Below, one piece after another: positions 19,437 to 29,861 of a DNA stretch of 45,859 bases. The translations under genes and the position numbers were made by a program. Each line of letters begins with the position of its first letter. Position 1 is the stretch's first letter. Location of the stretch: NCBI GenBank assembly GCA_035549615.1, contig DASZQO010000030.1, positions 1 through 45,859 of the forward strand, written 5' to 3'. The notes beneath the pieces were generated by a model. That model made no database searches. It saw only the letters and a program-made list of their open reading frames with translations, and was not told where the DNA came from. The stretch comes from Acetobacteraceae bacterium (lineage in GTDB: Bacteria > Pseudomonadota > Alphaproteobacteria > Acetobacterales > Acetobacteraceae).

Positions 19437-21248
19437 TCAATAAACGCGTTTCTGCGGCGGAATCACCGAGACCTCGTTGGTAAGCGTGTGCATCTTCACC
19501 GGCCGGTAGGCAAGATGGACATCACCCTTCGCGTCGCACCAGGAAAGCGTGTGTTTCATCCAGTGCTGATCGTCCCGCTCCGGATAGTCGTCATGCGCAT
19601 GCGCGCCCCGACTCTCATGCCGCGCTTCCGCGCTTACCATCGTCGTCAAGGCATTATACATCAAATTGTCGAGCTCCAGCGCCTCCATCAGGTCGGAATT
19701 CCAGATCAGGCTGCGGTCTTCCACGGCCATGTCCGCCAAACCGTCCCAGAGGCTGTGCATCTTGGCGACCCCCTCGCTCAGGCTCTTGCTGCTGCGGAAC
19801 ACCGCCGCATGGGTCTGCATCGTCCGCTGCATCAAAAGCCTGAGCTCGGCCACCCTCGTTCCGCCGGCGGCATGGCGCGTGCGGTCGAAATGATCAAGCG
19901 CCCGCTCCCCGGCCTTCGGCGCAAGCGCCGGTTGGTTGGTCCCGGGACGCAGCTTTTCGGCCGCCCGCAGCCCCGCGGCCCGGCCGAAGACGACGAGGTC
20001 GAGCAGGGAATTGGTCCCGAGCCGGTTCGCCCCGTGCACCGATACGCAGGCGCACTCACCGACCGCCATCAGGCCGGGCACCGTCGCGTCCGGATCCTCC
20101 GGCGTCGGCCGCAGCACCTCACCATGATGGTTGGTGGGAATACCGCCCATGTTGTAGTGCACAGTCGGCAGCACCGGGATCGGCTCCTTGGTCACGTCAA
20201 CCCCCGCGAAGATGCGCGCGGTCTCGGAAATTCCAGGCAGCCGCTCATGCAGGATCGCGGCGCCAAGATGCTCGAGATGGAGCAGGATATATTCCTTGTT
20301 CGGCCCGCAGCCGCGTCCCTCGGCGATCTCGATCGTCATCGAGCGGGAGACGACATCCCGGCTGGCCAGATCCTTCGCGGTCGGCGCATAGCGCTCCATG
20401 AAGCGCTCACCTTCGCTGTTCGTCAGGTAACCGCCTTCCCCGCGCGCCCCTTCGGTGATGAGGCAGCCGGCGGGGAAGATGCCGGTCGGGTGGAATTGCA
20501 CGAACTCCATGTCCTGTGTCGGCAGTCCGGCGCGCAGCGCCATCGCGTTGCCGTCCCCGGTGCAGGTGTGCGCCGAGGTGCAGGAAAGATAGGTCCGGCC
20601 ATAGCCGCCGGTCGCGAGCACGACGAGCCCGGCGCGGAAGCGGTGGATCGAGCCGTCCTCAAGGCACCAGGCCATCACCCCGCGGCAGACCCCTTCCTCG
20701 TCCATGATCAGGTCGAGCGCGTAATACTCGACGAAGAATTCCACCGCGTGCTTGAGACATTGCTGATAGAGCGTGTGCAGAATCGCATGCCCGGTCCGAT
20801 CGGCCGCCGCCGCGGCGCGCATCGCAGGGGATTTGCCGAAATGCGTCATGTGGCCGCCGAAGGGCCGCTGATAGATGCGCCCATCCTCCGTGCGGCTGAA
20901 CGGGACGCCGAAATGCTCGAGCTCGTGGACCGCCGGGATCGCCTCGCGGCACATATATTCGATCGCATCCTGATCGCCGAGCCAGTCCGACCCCTTCACG
21001 GTGTCGTACATGTGCCAGCGCCAGTCGTCCTCGCCCATATTGCCGAGCGCCGCGCCAATGCCGCCCTGCGCCGCCACGGTGTGGCTGCGCGTCGGGAACA
21101 CCTTGGAGAGACACGCGGTCTTGAGCCCGGCGCTGCCCATGCCGAGCGTCGCCCGAAGCCCGGCTCCGCCGGCCCCCACGACCACGACATCGTAGGTATG
21201 ATCGATGATCTGATAGGCCCGCGTGGAAGGCAGCGTGATCGCGTTCAT
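19437..21248 (-). CDS. sdhA: succinate dehydrogenase flavoprotein subunit
   Basis: Internal ATG 21246-21248 of track ORF 19437..21956 gives MNAITLP...[18 protein letters not shown]-attachment region [12 protein letters not shown]. 603 aa. Confidence 0.96.
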   Translation of the reverse strand: MNAITLPSTRAYQIIDHTYDVVVVGAGGAGLRATLGMGSAGLKTACLSKVFPTRSHTVAAQGGIGAALGNMGEDDWRWHMYDTVKGSDWLGDQDAIEYMCREAIPAVHELEHFGVPFSRTEDGRIYQRPFGGHMTHFGKSPAMRAAAAADRTGHAILHTLYQQCLKHAVEFFVEYYALDLIMDEEGVCRGVMAWCLEDGSIHRFRAGLVVLATGGYGRTYLSCTSAHTCTGDGNAMALRAGLPTQDMEFVQFHPTGIFPAGCLITEGARGEGGYLTNSEGERFMERYAPTAKDLASRDVVSRSMTIEIAEGRGCGPNKEYILLHLEHLGAAILHERLPGISETARIFAGVDVTKEPIPVLPTVHYNMGGIPTNHHGEVLRPTPEDPDATVPGLMAVGECACVSVHGANRLGTNSLLDLVVFGRAAGLRAAEKLRPGTNQPALAPKAGERALDHFDRTRHAAGGTRVAELRLLMQRTMQTHAAVFRSSKSLSEGVAKMHSLWDGLADMAVEDRSLIWNSDLMEALELDNLMYNALTTMVSAEARHESRGAHAHDDYPERDDQHWMKHTLSWCDAKGDVHLAYRPVKMHTLTNEVSVIPPQKRVY

Positions 21249-21277
21249 CCCTCGTCCATCCCTTGCCCGGCGCCCAG

Positions 21278-21688
21278 CTAGCCCGCGAAGGCGAGCTTGA
21301 GCACTGCGACCACCGCGGCCAGCCAAAGCAATGCCAGCACGGCCTTCATGATCGAGACGCCGACCAGCCTGGCACCTTCCCCATGAACATAGTCCTCGAT
21401 CACCACCTGCAAACCCAGCGCGAGGTGACGAAAGAGCGCGATCAGGAGAGCGAGAAGGAGAACGCTGTTCCAGGGCCGCCCCACCCACTGCGCCATCGCC
21501 GTCCGGTCCGCCCCGAGGTGGGCAAGAAGGGAGAGGACGAACCAGATTGCGAGCGGCACCAGAGCGGCGGCCGTCAGACGTTGCGCCCACCACGCGTCGA
21601 CCCCGGAGCGCGCGGTGCCGAGGCCGCGCACCCGCCCGAGCGCCGAGCGCATAATCACCCCGGATCCCGCGACTTCCTTCATCGCCAT
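21278..21688 (-). CDS. sdhD: succinate dehydrogenase hydrophobic membrane anchor subunit
   Basis: [17 protein letters not shown]...WW motif, three TM helices, position between sdhC and sdhA. Possible starts are 21688, 21682 (both ATG) or 21652. Confidence 0.85.
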   Translation of the reverse strand: MAMKEVAGSGVIMRSALGRVRGLGTARSGVDAWWAQRLTAAALVPLAIWFVLSLLAHLGADRTAMAQWVGRPWNSVLLLALLIALFRHLALGLQVVIEDYVHGEGARLVGVSIMKAVLALLWLAAVVAVLKLAFAG

Positions 21689-21697
21689 CACCCGCCT

Positions 21698-22135
21698 CTA
21701 CCAAACCGCCAGGCCGACGGCCCAGATCACCAGGCTCACCACCAGGCAGACACCCACCACAAGCCAGCCGGACCGATGATAGGCAGGCTTCGCGAAGCCG
21801 TAGCCGGCATCCCAGAAGAGGTGGCGGATCCCGTTGCAGAAGTGAAAAAGCAGCGCCACGGTCCAGCCGAAGAGAAGGATCAGCCCGAGCCAGGAGGCGA
21901 TGAACCATTGCACGGCGGCAAAAGCGGATGCCCCTGCCGCCAGCGCCACCAGCCACCCGACGAGCAAGAGGGTCCCGACCCCGAGTCCGACCCCGGTGAT
22001 GCGATGGAGGATCGAAAGCGTGGAGGTGATCTGCGGCCGATAGACTTGCAGGTGCGGTGAAAGTGGCCGTCGCACCGGCCGCCCATCGCTCGCGCGGCCG
22101 GCCATCAGCGCCTCGCGAACGTCGTGCATCGACAA
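21698..22135 (-). CDS. sdhC: succinate dehydrogenase cytochrome b556 subunit
   Basis: [26 protein letters not shown], the signature SdhC N-terminal region with heme-ligand His. Three TM helices. Confidence 0.9.
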   Translation of the reverse strand: MSMHDVREALMAGRASDGRPVRRPLSPHLQVYRPQITSTLSILHRITGVGLGVGTLLLVGWLVALAAGASAFAAVQWFIASWLGLILLFGWTVALLFHFCNGIRHLFWDAGYGFAKPAYHRSGWLVVGVCLVVSLVIWAVGLAVW

Positions 22136-22223
22136 CTCCTTACCCGGGAACGAAGGACCGAGGCGCGAGCCTGGCCCAACCCTCCTTATCCCCGGCCCCG
22201 AGGCCGGTCAACGCAACCGCGCG

Positions 22224-24275
22224 CTACCCTTCCGGGACTTCCCGCTCCAGCTCCTCGAGCCAGACCCGGGCATTACCGTCCGAAGGCGCCCGCCAGTCCC
22301 CGCGCGGGGAGAGCGCTCCGCCAGCGCTCACCTTGGGCCCGTTGGGCATCGCCGAACGCTTGAACTGGCTGAAGCCGAAGAAACGTTGCAGGAACACGCG
22401 AAGCCAGGCCCGGATCTCCGCGAGCCCATAGGCGCGGCGGTCGGCTTCGGCGATCCCCTCCGGCCATTCGCCCGCGCTCATGTCAGCCCAGGCATGCCAG
22501 GCAAGAAAGGCGATCTTGGACGGGCGGAACCCGTGGCGCAGCACGTAATAAAGCGAGAAATCCTGGAGCGCATAGGGCCCGACGACCGCCTCCGTGCTTT
22601 GCAGCTCGGCCTTGGCCCCGGGCGGCACCAGCTCGGGCGAGATCACCGTCTCTAGCACGGCGCCAAGGGTCTTCAGCACGTCCGGCTCGAACTGGCGGGA
22701 GCTCACGACCCAGCGGATCAGATGCTGGATCAGCGTCTTCGGCACCCCGGAATTGACATTGTAGTGGGCCATCTGGTCGCCCACGCCATAAGTGCACCAG
22801 CCGAGCGCCAGCTCCGAGAGATCGCCGGTCCCGACCACGAGCCCTTCTTCATGATTGGCGATGCGAAAGAGATAGTCGGTGCGCAGGCCCGCCTGAACAT
22901 TCTCGAACGCCACGTCGTAAACCGGCTCACCGCGCGCGAAGGGATGGCCGATATCGGCGAGCATGCGTTCCGCGGCTGGGCGGATATCGATCTCCCGCAT
23001 GGTCACCCCGAAGGCGCGCATCAGCGCCACCGCATTCGCCTTGGTCGCTTCGCTGGTGCCGAAACCCGGGAGCGTGACGGCGATGATGTCACTTCGCGGC
23101 CGACCGAGCAGATCGAAGCACTTCGCTGTCACAATCAGCGCCTGGGTGGAATCGAGCCCGCCCGAAATGCCGATGACCGCCCGCCGCGTGCCGCTTGCGG
23201 CGAGCCGCTGCTTCAGCCCCTGGACCTGGATATTGTAGGCCTCGTAGCAATCCTGCGCGAGCCGCGGCCCGCTCGCCGGCACGAACGGAAACCGGGCCAC
23301 TGCCCGCTCCAGCCCGAAATCGCCCTCCGGCGGGGCGAGCCGGAAGGAAACGCGCCGCCAGGGCTCGCGCGGCCGCCCGCTCCCAAGCGCATTGTCCGCA
23401 AAGGAGCCCATGCGCATCCGCTCCTGGATGAGCAGCTCGAGATCGATATCGGCCACCGCCATCTGCCGGGCCGCCGGGAAGCGTTCGCTCTCCGCGAGCA
23501 GAACGCCATTCTCGAAAATCCCGGTCTGGCCATCCCAGGCGAGATCGGTCGTCGACTCGCCGATGCCGGCCGCCGCGTAGAGATAGGCCGCGAGACAGCG
23601 CGCGGATTGCGATTGGCAAAGCATCCGCCGCGTCTCGGCCTTGGCGATCGTAATGTTGCTCGCGGAAAGATTGGCGAGCACCGTGGCACCCGCGAGCGCC
23701 GCCCCGGCGCTCGGCGGAACCGGCACCCAGAGATCCTCACAGATCTCGGCATGAACGACGAGATCCCTAAGATCCTCCGCGACGAACAGAAGATCCTCGC
23801 CGAACGGCACCTTCAGCGCCCCGACCGCGATCTCCTCACCCCGCACGAAGGCGCCGGAGGCGAAATGCCGGCGCTCATAGAACTCGCGGTAGTTCGGCAG
23901 ATGGATCTTCGGCACCACGCCAAGAAGCCGGCCGCGATGCACGGCAACCGCCGCGTTGTAGAGCCGCCCGCGATGACGGAGCGGCGCGCCTATAAGGATC
24001 AGCGGCAGCAATGCCGCCGAACCTGCGACAATCGTCCCGATCGCCGCCTCGACGGCATCGAGCAAGGCTTCCTGCTGCAAGAGATCGCTGATCGCATAGC
24101 CGGAGATACAAAGCTCCGGAAAGACCACCACCGCCACGGCCCGCTCGTGGGCTTCCTCCGCCAGCGCCAGCACGGAACCGGCATTGGCGAGCGGATCGGC
24201 AAGATGCGTTTCGATGGTCGCCGCCGCGACCCGCACGAACCCGTGCCGATAAAGGGAACGGAACGAACCGGCCAT
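22224..24275 (-). CDS. nadE: glutamine-dependent NAD(+) synthase (large two-domain form)
   Basis: N-terminal CN-hydrolase domain ([12 protein letters not shown], catalytic-Cys region HAEICEDLW). C-terminal synthetase P-loop GISGGLDST. 683 aa. Confidence 0.92.
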   Translation of the reverse strand: MAGSFRSLYRHGFVRVAAATIETHLADPLANAGSVLALAEEAHERAVAVVVFPELCISGYAISDLLQQEALLDAVEAAIGTIVAGSAALLPLILIGAPLRHRGRLYNAAVAVHRGRLLGVVPKIHLPNYREFYERRHFASGAFVRGEEIAVGALKVPFGEDLLFVAEDLRDLVVHAEICEDLWVPVPPSAGAALAGATVLANLSASNITIAKAETRRMLCQSQSARCLAAYLYAAAGIGESTTDLAWDGQTGIFENGVLLAESERFPAARQMAVADIDLELLIQERMRMGSFADNALGSGRPREPWRRVSFRLAPPEGDFGLERAVARFPFVPASGPRLAQDCYEAYNIQVQGLKQRLAASGTRRAVIGISGGLDSTQALIVTAKCFDLLGRPRSDIIAVTLPGFGTSEATKANAVALMRAFGVTMREIDIRPAAERMLADIGHPFARGEPVYDVAFENVQAGLRTDYLFRIANHEEGLVVGTGDLSELALGWCTYGVGDQMAHYNVNSGVPKTLIQHLIRWVVSSRQFEPDVLKTLGAVLETVISPELVPPGAKAELQSTEAVVGPYALQDFSLYYVLRHGFRPSKIAFLAWHAWADMSAGEWPEGIAEADRRAYGLAEIRAWLRVFLQRFFGFSQFKRSAMPNGPKVSAGGALSPRGDWRAPSDGNARVWLEELEREVPEG

Positions 24276-24346
24276 GGCGAAAACTGGGCTCCACCGGCCA
24301 CCCCCGTCAACGCCAGGGTGGACGAAGGGGGCTCAACGCCTGAGCG

Positions 24347-25081
24347 CTACACCTCGGCTTCAGCGAGGCCGCCGAGATAGGCGGCGCGCACCTTGGGATC
24401 GTTCCAGAGCGTATCGGGCGTGCCGCTGACAAGGAGCCGGCCGGTCTCCAGCACATAGGCGCGATCCGCGACGGAAAGCGCCATGTGCGCATTCTGCTCG
24501 ACGAGCAGTACCGTTGTCCCCCGCGCGCGGATATCGGCGACGATGCGGAACACCTGCTGCACGATCAGCGGCGCGAGGCCGAGCGAGGGTTCATCGAGCA
24601 GCAGCAGCCGCGGCGCGGCCATCAGCCCGCGCGCGACCGCCAGCATCTGCTGCTGGCCACCCGAGAGCGTCCAGCCCAGAGCATTCTGCATGCGCCGCAG
24701 GTCTGGAAAATGTTCGAGCATTTCCTCAAGCGCGGCCACGCGGGCTGCCCGGCCGAGCCCGCTCCGGTTCGAGGCGCCAAGCAGGATATTCTCCCGCACC
24801 GTGAGCCCGGGAAAGATGCGCCGCCCTTCCGGCACATGGGCAATCCCGGCACGCACGATCGCGCCCGGGCCCTTGCCCAGGATCGGCACGCCGGCGAATG
24901 CGATGCTGCCGGACACATTTGCAAGCAGGCCGGAGATCGCGCGCAATGTTGTCGTCTTGCCCGCGCCATTGGCGCCGAGCAGCGCGACAATCTCGCCCTC
25001 CTCGACGGCGATGTCGAGCCCGTGGAGCACTTCGCCCGCATTGTAGCGCGCATGCAGGTCCTGGATCGCGAGCAGGCTCAT
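24347..25081 (-). CDS. livF: branched-chain amino acid ABC transporter ATP-binding protein (LivF type)
   Basis: ATG 25079-25081 gives MSLLAIQDLHARYN. GANGAGKTT, LSGGQQQMLAVARGL, LLLDEPS. ATGA overlap with the upstream gene. Confidence 0.9.
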   Translation of the reverse strand: MSLLAIQDLHARYNAGEVLHGLDIAVEEGEIVALLGANGAGKTTTLRAISGLLANVSGSIAFAGVPILGKGPGAIVRAGIAHVPEGRRIFPGLTVRENILLGASNRSGLGRAARVAALEEMLEHFPDLRRMQNALGWTLSGGQQQMLAVARGLMAAPRLLLLDEPSLGLAPLIVQQVFRIVADIRARGTTVLLVEQNAHMALSVADRAYVLETGRLLVSGTPDTLWNDPKVRAAYLGGLAEAEV

Positions 25082-26853
25082 GCCGGTTGAGGCTCCCCGA
25101 GATAGGCGGCGATCACATCGGGATGGCGCAGCACCTCGCGCGGCGTGCTGTTGGCGATGCATTTGCCGAAATTGAGAACGGTGATGTGGTCCGCCACCGC
25201 CTCGATCAGCTTCATATCATGCTCGATGACGAGGATGGTAAGCCCATGTCCCTTGAGCCGGCGCAGCAGGAGGCCCAGCTCCTGCTTCTCCGTCGAGTTG
25301 AGGCCGGCGGCCGGCTCGTCGAGCAGCAGCACTTCCGGTGAGCCCGCAAGCGCGCGGGCGATCTCCACATAGCGCTGATGGCCGTAGGGAAGCGAGCCGA
25401 CCGGCTGCGAGGCCTCGCGCCGAAGCCCAACGAAATCGAGCGCGGCGAGCGCGCGCGCCATGACGTCAGCGGGCTTGTGCACGTCATTGCCTGGACGCTC
25501 GGCGCCGATCATCACGTTCTCGAGCACGCTGAGGCCGCGAAAGACGCGAATATTCTGGTAAGTCCGGGTCATGCCGCGGCGCGTGCGCTCATGCGGCGGC
25601 AACCGATCCAGCGTCGTTCCGCCGAGCCGCACGGTCCCGGAGGTTGCGCGATAGAGGCCGGAGATGACATTGAGAAAGGTCGTCTTGCCCGAGCCGTTCG
25701 GCCCGATCAGCGCGTGCACGCTGCCGCGGCGCACGGCGAAGCTGACGCCGTCCAGCGCCTTGACGCCGCCGAAATGCATCGCGAGGTCCGCCACCTCCAG
25801 CGCATTTTCTCCCGAGTTCTCGCCCCGCATCGAGAGAAGGGGCAGCGGCGGCACCGGCCACTCACCGATCGGCCGAGCCCCGCGCCCGAAGCGCTGCGCC
25901 GCCCAGCCCCATACGCCTTCGGGCACGAAGATCATGATCAGGATCACCGCCCCGCCATAGACGGCGAGATAGGCCTGCTTCAGGAAGCGCAGCCATTCCG
26001 GCAGGATGACGAGCGCGAAGGTTCCGAGCAGCGCGCCAAACGGGCTCCGCACCCCGCCAAGCAACGCCATCGTCAGCATCACCACGCTCTCATCGAAGGT
26101 GAATTGATCGGGGCTGACATAGGAGAAGGCGCCGGCAAAAAGCGCGCCGCCCAGCCCGCCAAGCATCGCGCTGATGCCGAAGGCCACGACCTTGGTGCGA
26201 AAGACATGGATGCCGCAGGTGCCGGCCGCGATCTCATTGTCGCGCACCGCCTGCATCGCGCGGCCGAGGCGGCTCAGCTTCAGCCGCCAGGCATAAAACA
26301 TCACCAGGACGAGCAGCACGAGACAGAGGCCGAGATAGGCGTGTGCACTCGCGAATCCGGCCGGGCGCGGGATGCCGGAGACGCCATCCGGCCCGCCACT
26401 GAGCCCGACCCAGTTCGTCAGCACCAGGGTCAGGATCACCTGGAAGCTGATCGTCACCATCGCGAGATAATGCCCCCCGAGCCGCAAGCTCGCGAAGCCG
26501 AGCAGAAGTCCGAAGAGGCCGCAGATCAGCATGGCGGCGAGAGTCGCGGCCAGGAACGGAACGCCGAGCTGGGTCGTCAGCAGCGCCAGCACATAGGCGC
26601 CGATGCCAAGAAACCCCGCCTGGGTGAGAGAAATCTGGCCGCAATAGCCGAGTACGACGACGAGGCCGGCAACGCCGATCGCGTACGTCACCGCCTGCAT
26701 GATGATATTGAGATAATAGCCCTGCCCCGGCGCGAGCGCGGCGATCACGCAGGCACCGATGAGGCCGAGCACTGTGCCAGGCATGCCGCGCCACCAGCGT
26801 GCGGCTGGGAGCTTGGCGAGCATTGCCGCCGGCGGAGCGGTTGCGCCGTCCAT
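25078..26853 (-). CDS. fused branched-chain amino acid ABC transporter permease (LivM-like) / ATP-binding (LivG-like) protein
   Basis: N-terminal ~330 aa polytopic permease, then ALEVADLAMHFGGVKALDGVSF, GPNGSGKTT, LPYGHQRYVEIARAL, LLLDEPAAG. 591 aa. Confidence 0.88.
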   Translation of the reverse strand: MDGATAPPAAMLAKLPAARWWRGMPGTVLGLIGACVIAALAPGQGYYLNIIMQAVTYAIGVAGLVVVLGYCGQISLTQAGFLGIGAYVLALLTTQLGVPFLAATLAAMLICGLFGLLLGFASLRLGGHYLAMVTISFQVILTLVLTNWVGLSGGPDGVSGIPRPAGFASAHAYLGLCLVLLVLVMFYAWRLKLSRLGRAMQAVRDNEIAAGTCGIHVFRTKVVAFGISAMLGGLGGALFAGAFSYVSPDQFTFDESVVMLTMALLGGVRSPFGALLGTFALVILPEWLRFLKQAYLAVYGGAVILIMIFVPEGVWGWAAQRFGRGARPIGEWPVPPLPLLSMRGENSGENALEVADLAMHFGGVKALDGVSFAVRRGSVHALIGPNGSGKTTFLNVISGLYRATSGTVRLGGTTLDRLPPHERTRRGMTRTYQNIRVFRGLSVLENVMIGAERPGNDVHKPADVMARALAALDFVGLRREASQPVGSLPYGHQRYVEIARALAGSPEVLLLDEPAAGLNSTEKQELGLLLRRLKGHGLTILVIEHDMKLIEAVADHITVLNFGKCIANSTPREVLRHPDVIAAYLGEPQPA

Positions 26854-26858
26854 CGCGC

Positions 26859-27737
26859 TCAGGCCTTCTCGGCGATCAGCTCGCCGAAGAGCCCGCGCGG
26901 GCGCGCCAGCAGCACGATAAGCAGGATGACGAAACCGAAAGCATCCTTGTAGGGCGTTGAGATGTAGGCGGCCCCGAGCGTTTCAGCCAATCCGATGATG
27001 AGGCCACCCAGGATCGCGCCCGGGATGCTGCCATAGCCGCCGATGATGTTGGCCGCGAAAGCCTTGAGCGCAAGCGTCGCCCCCATGCCGACCGAGACGA
27101 ACAGCACCGGCGCCACCAGCACACCCGCCAGCGCACCGAGTGCTGCGCTGTAGGCGAAGGTGAACAGCACCATGCCGGCGACCGAGATGCCGAGCATTGC
27201 CGCCATCTCCTTGTCCTGCGAGGTCGCCTGAAGCTTCTTTCCCAGCAGCGTCTTTTCGAACACGACATATTGCAGCACGACCATCAGGATCGCGATGACA
27301 ATGATCGAAAGATACTGGCTGTCGACAAAGACGGAACCGAGCCGGAATCCCTGGCTCGCGAAGAGGCCGGGCACGGTTGCCGGGCTCGGCCCATAGATCG
27401 CGAGCACGGCGTTCGGCAGCAGGATCGAGGCGCCGATCGTGCTGATGATCACCGTGAGCTGGCTGCGGTGGCGCAGCGGCCAATAGACGGCGCCGGCGAA
27501 CAGCACCCCAAAGCCGGCCATCAGCACCACCGCGAGAAGGAACGCGGCCCAGTAGGGCACACCGACCCCGACGAGCAGCACCAGCATGATATAGGCGCCG
27601 AGCATCGAGAACTGGCCCTGGGCGAAGTTCACGACATCCGCGGCGCGGATCAGCAGCACAAAGCCGAGCGACGCAATGGCGTAAACCGCGCCGATGCCAA
27701 CGCCGGTATAGAGAAGCTGGGGAAGGATCGCGAGCAC
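26859..27737 (-). CDS. livH: branched-chain amino acid ABC transporter permease (LivH type)
   Basis: GVGIGAVYAIASLGFVLL..VNFAQGQF typical LivH N-terminus. GTG start 27735-27737. Confidence 0.88.
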   Translation of the reverse strand: MLAILPQLLYTGVGIGAVYAIASLGFVLLIRAADVVNFAQGQFSMLGAYIMLVLLVGVGVPYWAAFLLAVVLMAGFGVLFAGAVYWPLRHRSQLTVIISTIGASILLPNAVLAIYGPSPATVPGLFASQGFRLGSVFVDSQYLSIIVIAILMVVLQYVVFEKTLLGKKLQATSQDKEMAAMLGISVAGMVLFTFAYSAALGALAGVLVAPVLFVSVGMGATLALKAFAANIIGGYGSIPGAILGGLIIGLAETLGAAYISTPYKDAFGFVILLIVLLARPRGLFGELIAEKA

Positions 27738-27746
27738 GGCCGCGCC

Positions 27747-28892
27747 TTACGAGGGCTTCGGAAACTCCACGTATTTGATGAAGTTGATCTTGCCGTTCTG
27801 ATTCTGGACCACGGAGTAGCCGTGCAGCCCGTCTCCGTTCTGGTCGAAATCATACGTTCCCTCGGCGCCCTTGTAGCCCTGGATGCCGAGAATCGCAGTA
27901 CGGATCGCTTCCGGTGCGGTGCTCTTCGCGTTGGCAAGCGCGATCGCGAGCACGTTGGTCGCATCATACGCCCAGGAGCTCTGATTGTCCGGCACCTTGC
28001 CAAAGCGCTTCTCATAGGCGGCGGCATAGGCTTTCGATGTCGGGCTCGCATTGACGGCGTAGTCCGCAACACCATAGGTGCCGTAGAGCGCCGGCCCGGC
28101 AAGCTCCAGCGCCGCCGTGTCGACGATGGAAGGCGAGCCGAGCCAGGTCGTGCGCACGCCGAGCTGGCGGAGCTGCTTGGCGAAGACACCGAGATCGGTC
28201 TCGTAGGTGAAGTAGCTGGTGATCAGATCCGGGTTCGCGCTTCGAATCTGCAGCACCTCCGGCGTGAAATCCGCCTGCTGGTTGGCGTAGCCGAGGGTGA
28301 GCGCGGGGGTGATGCCGAGCGCCTTGAGCTCGCTCGTGAGCGCTTCGCGCCCGCCGGTGCCGAAGGCGTCGGTAGAGGCGATCATGGCGATCTTCTTTCG
28401 GCCAAGGGTCTGCACGCCATAGGCGGCGATCGTCTTTGCCGAATAGGTGTCGTTCGGACGGCAGCGGAACAGCCAGCGATTGCCCTGATGTGTGAGCTTG
28501 GGGTCGGTGCCGCCGATCATCATCGGCTTTGCCGTCTTCAGCACGCCCGGTGCCATCGCCTGCACCTGGGTGGAGCGGATGGAGCCGATGAAGGCCACGA
28601 TCGAGTGGTCGGAGGCAAGCCGGCTGAAGGCGAGAACCGCGCCCGGGTTCGTCGTCTGGTCATCGGCGACGACGATCTCGAGCTTGCGTCCAAGCACGCC
28701 GCCCTTTTCATTGATGGCATCCAGGGCAAGATTGATGCCATTGCGCATGTACTGGCCGGATTCCGCCGCTGCCCCCGTCTCGGGCGAGACGACCCCGATG
28801 CGGATCGTCTCCGCGGCGCGCGCGATGATGGCGGGCGCGGCCAACGCCGCCGCAGTGCCGAGCAGCATGGCCCGGCGGTTGATACCGGTCAT
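27747..28892 (-). CDS. ABC transporter periplasmic substrate-binding protein (LivK/Peripla_BP_6 type)
   Basis: Signal with RR (MTGINRRAMLLGTAAALAAPAIIARA), then IRIGVVSPETGAAA...GINLALDAINEKGGVLGRKLE. First gene of the liv-like operon. Confidence 0.88.
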   Translation of the reverse strand: MTGINRRAMLLGTAAALAAPAIIARAAETIRIGVVSPETGAAAESGQYMRNGINLALDAINEKGGVLGRKLEIVVADDQTTNPGAVLAFSRLASDHSIVAFIGSIRSTQVQAMAPGVLKTAKPMMIGGTDPKLTHQGNRWLFRCRPNDTYSAKTIAAYGVQTLGRKKIAMIASTDAFGTGGREALTSELKALGITPALTLGYANQQADFTPEVLQIRSANPDLITSYFTYETDLGVFAKQLRQLGVRTTWLGSPSIVDTAALELAGPALYGTYGVADYAVNASPTSKAYAAAYEKRFGKVPDNQSSWAYDATNVLAIALANAKSTAPEAIRTAILGIQGYKGAEGTYDFDQNGDGLHGYSVVQNQNGKINFIKYVEFPKPS

Positions 28893-28969
28893 TTGGACAG
28901 TCCTCCTGCTTCCCGCCCCAATCCTGCGGGCCGGGCCGCTGAGGCCCGTCTGACAATCTGATACTGCCG

Positions 28970-28995
28970 GGCCTCTTGCAGCACTGCAAGAGGCC
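28970..28995. promoter_or_regulatory. perfect 12+2+12 palindrome in the liv-operon / phosphoribosyltransferase divergent spacer
   Basis: GGCCTCTTGCAG-ca-CTGCAAGAGGCC read directly. Lies 78 nt upstream of the SBP ATG (minus strand) and 44 nt upstream of the PRT ATG (plus strand). Confidence 0.4.
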
Positions 28996-29038
28996 TGGTC
29001 ATTCTGTTCGCATCCGGAAGATTTGCTAAAATAACATC

Positions 29039-29734
29039 ATGATGTTCGCTGACAGGCACGAAGCCGGGCGGAAGCTCGCGGAACGGCTGCTCCGCTTCAG
29101 GGACCGCCACCCCGTCGTGCTGGCGCTGGCCCGCGGAGGCATGCCGGTCGGCTATGAGATCGCCCGCAGGCTCGGCGCGCCGCTCGATCTCATGCTCGTG
29201 CGCAAGCTTGGCGCGCCGGGCCAGCCGGAGCTCGCGCTCGGCGCGCTCGCCCTCGGTGCCGAGGTGGAAATCCTCACCGACCCGCGGCTCATCGCCGAAC
29301 TCGGCGTCACTGGCACCGAACTCGCTTCAATCACCGGGTACGCGCGCGCCGAGATCGAGCGGCGGCGAACCCTCTATCTTGGCGATCGGCCACCGGTGCC
29401 GATCGCCGGCTGCACGGCGATCCTGGTCGATGATGGCATCGCCACGGGAGCGACCATGCACGCCTCCCTCATCGCCACACGCAAGCGCAATCCGGCTCTC
29501 CTCGTCCTCGCCGTGCCGGTCGCGCCGCCCGATACGATCGCCCGCCTCCGCGAGGAGGCGGACGAGATCGTCTGCCTCGCTCAGCCGCGCTCCTTTTTTT
29601 CCGTCGGCCAGTTCTATCACGACTTCGCCCAGCTCGAGGATCGCGAGGTGCTGGCCCTGCTCGCCGAGGCACGGCAATTCGTTACGAATTCGATCAATCT
29701 GCCAAGCCCCCTTGCGATGGACAAAAAGCGGTAG
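29039..29734 (+). CDS. phosphoribosyltransferase-family protein
   Basis: F(A)DRHEAGRKLA, VLALARGGMPVG, PRPP-binding loop ILVDDGIATGATM. Confidence 0.85.
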   Translation: MMFADRHEAGRKLAERLLRFRDRHPVVLALARGGMPVGYEIARRLGAPLDLMLVRKLGAPGQPELALGALALGAEVEILTDPRLIAELGVTGTELASITGYARAEIERRRTLYLGDRPPVPIAGCTAILVDDGIATGATMHASLIATRKRNPALLVLAVPVAPPDTIARLREEADEIVCLAQPRSFFSVGQFYHDFAQLEDREVLALLAEARQFVTNSINLPSPLAMDKKR

Positions 29735-29750
29735 GCAAAGAAGAAAAGCC

Positions 29751-29848
29751 TTTCTTTCTTGAGAGAAAGAAGCAAAGAACTTTTTTCCTTTTATTCGGAG
29801 TCCCCGGTCCGCGCCTGGCCCGCAAAACGGAGAAAAGTTCTTTTTGCC
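29751..29848. repeat. AT-rich nested inverted repeats (possible bidirectional terminator or small repeat element)
   Basis: Hairpin TTTCTTTCT-tgag-AGAAAGAAG (29751..29772). Then a ~27-nt imperfect inverted repeat GCAAAGAACTTTTTTCCTTTTATTCGG ... CCGCAAAACGGAGAAAAGTTCTTTTTGCC (29772..29848) around a GC-rich core. Sits between convergent genes. Confidence 0.45.
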
Positions 29849-29861
29849 TCCTTCTGCTACT

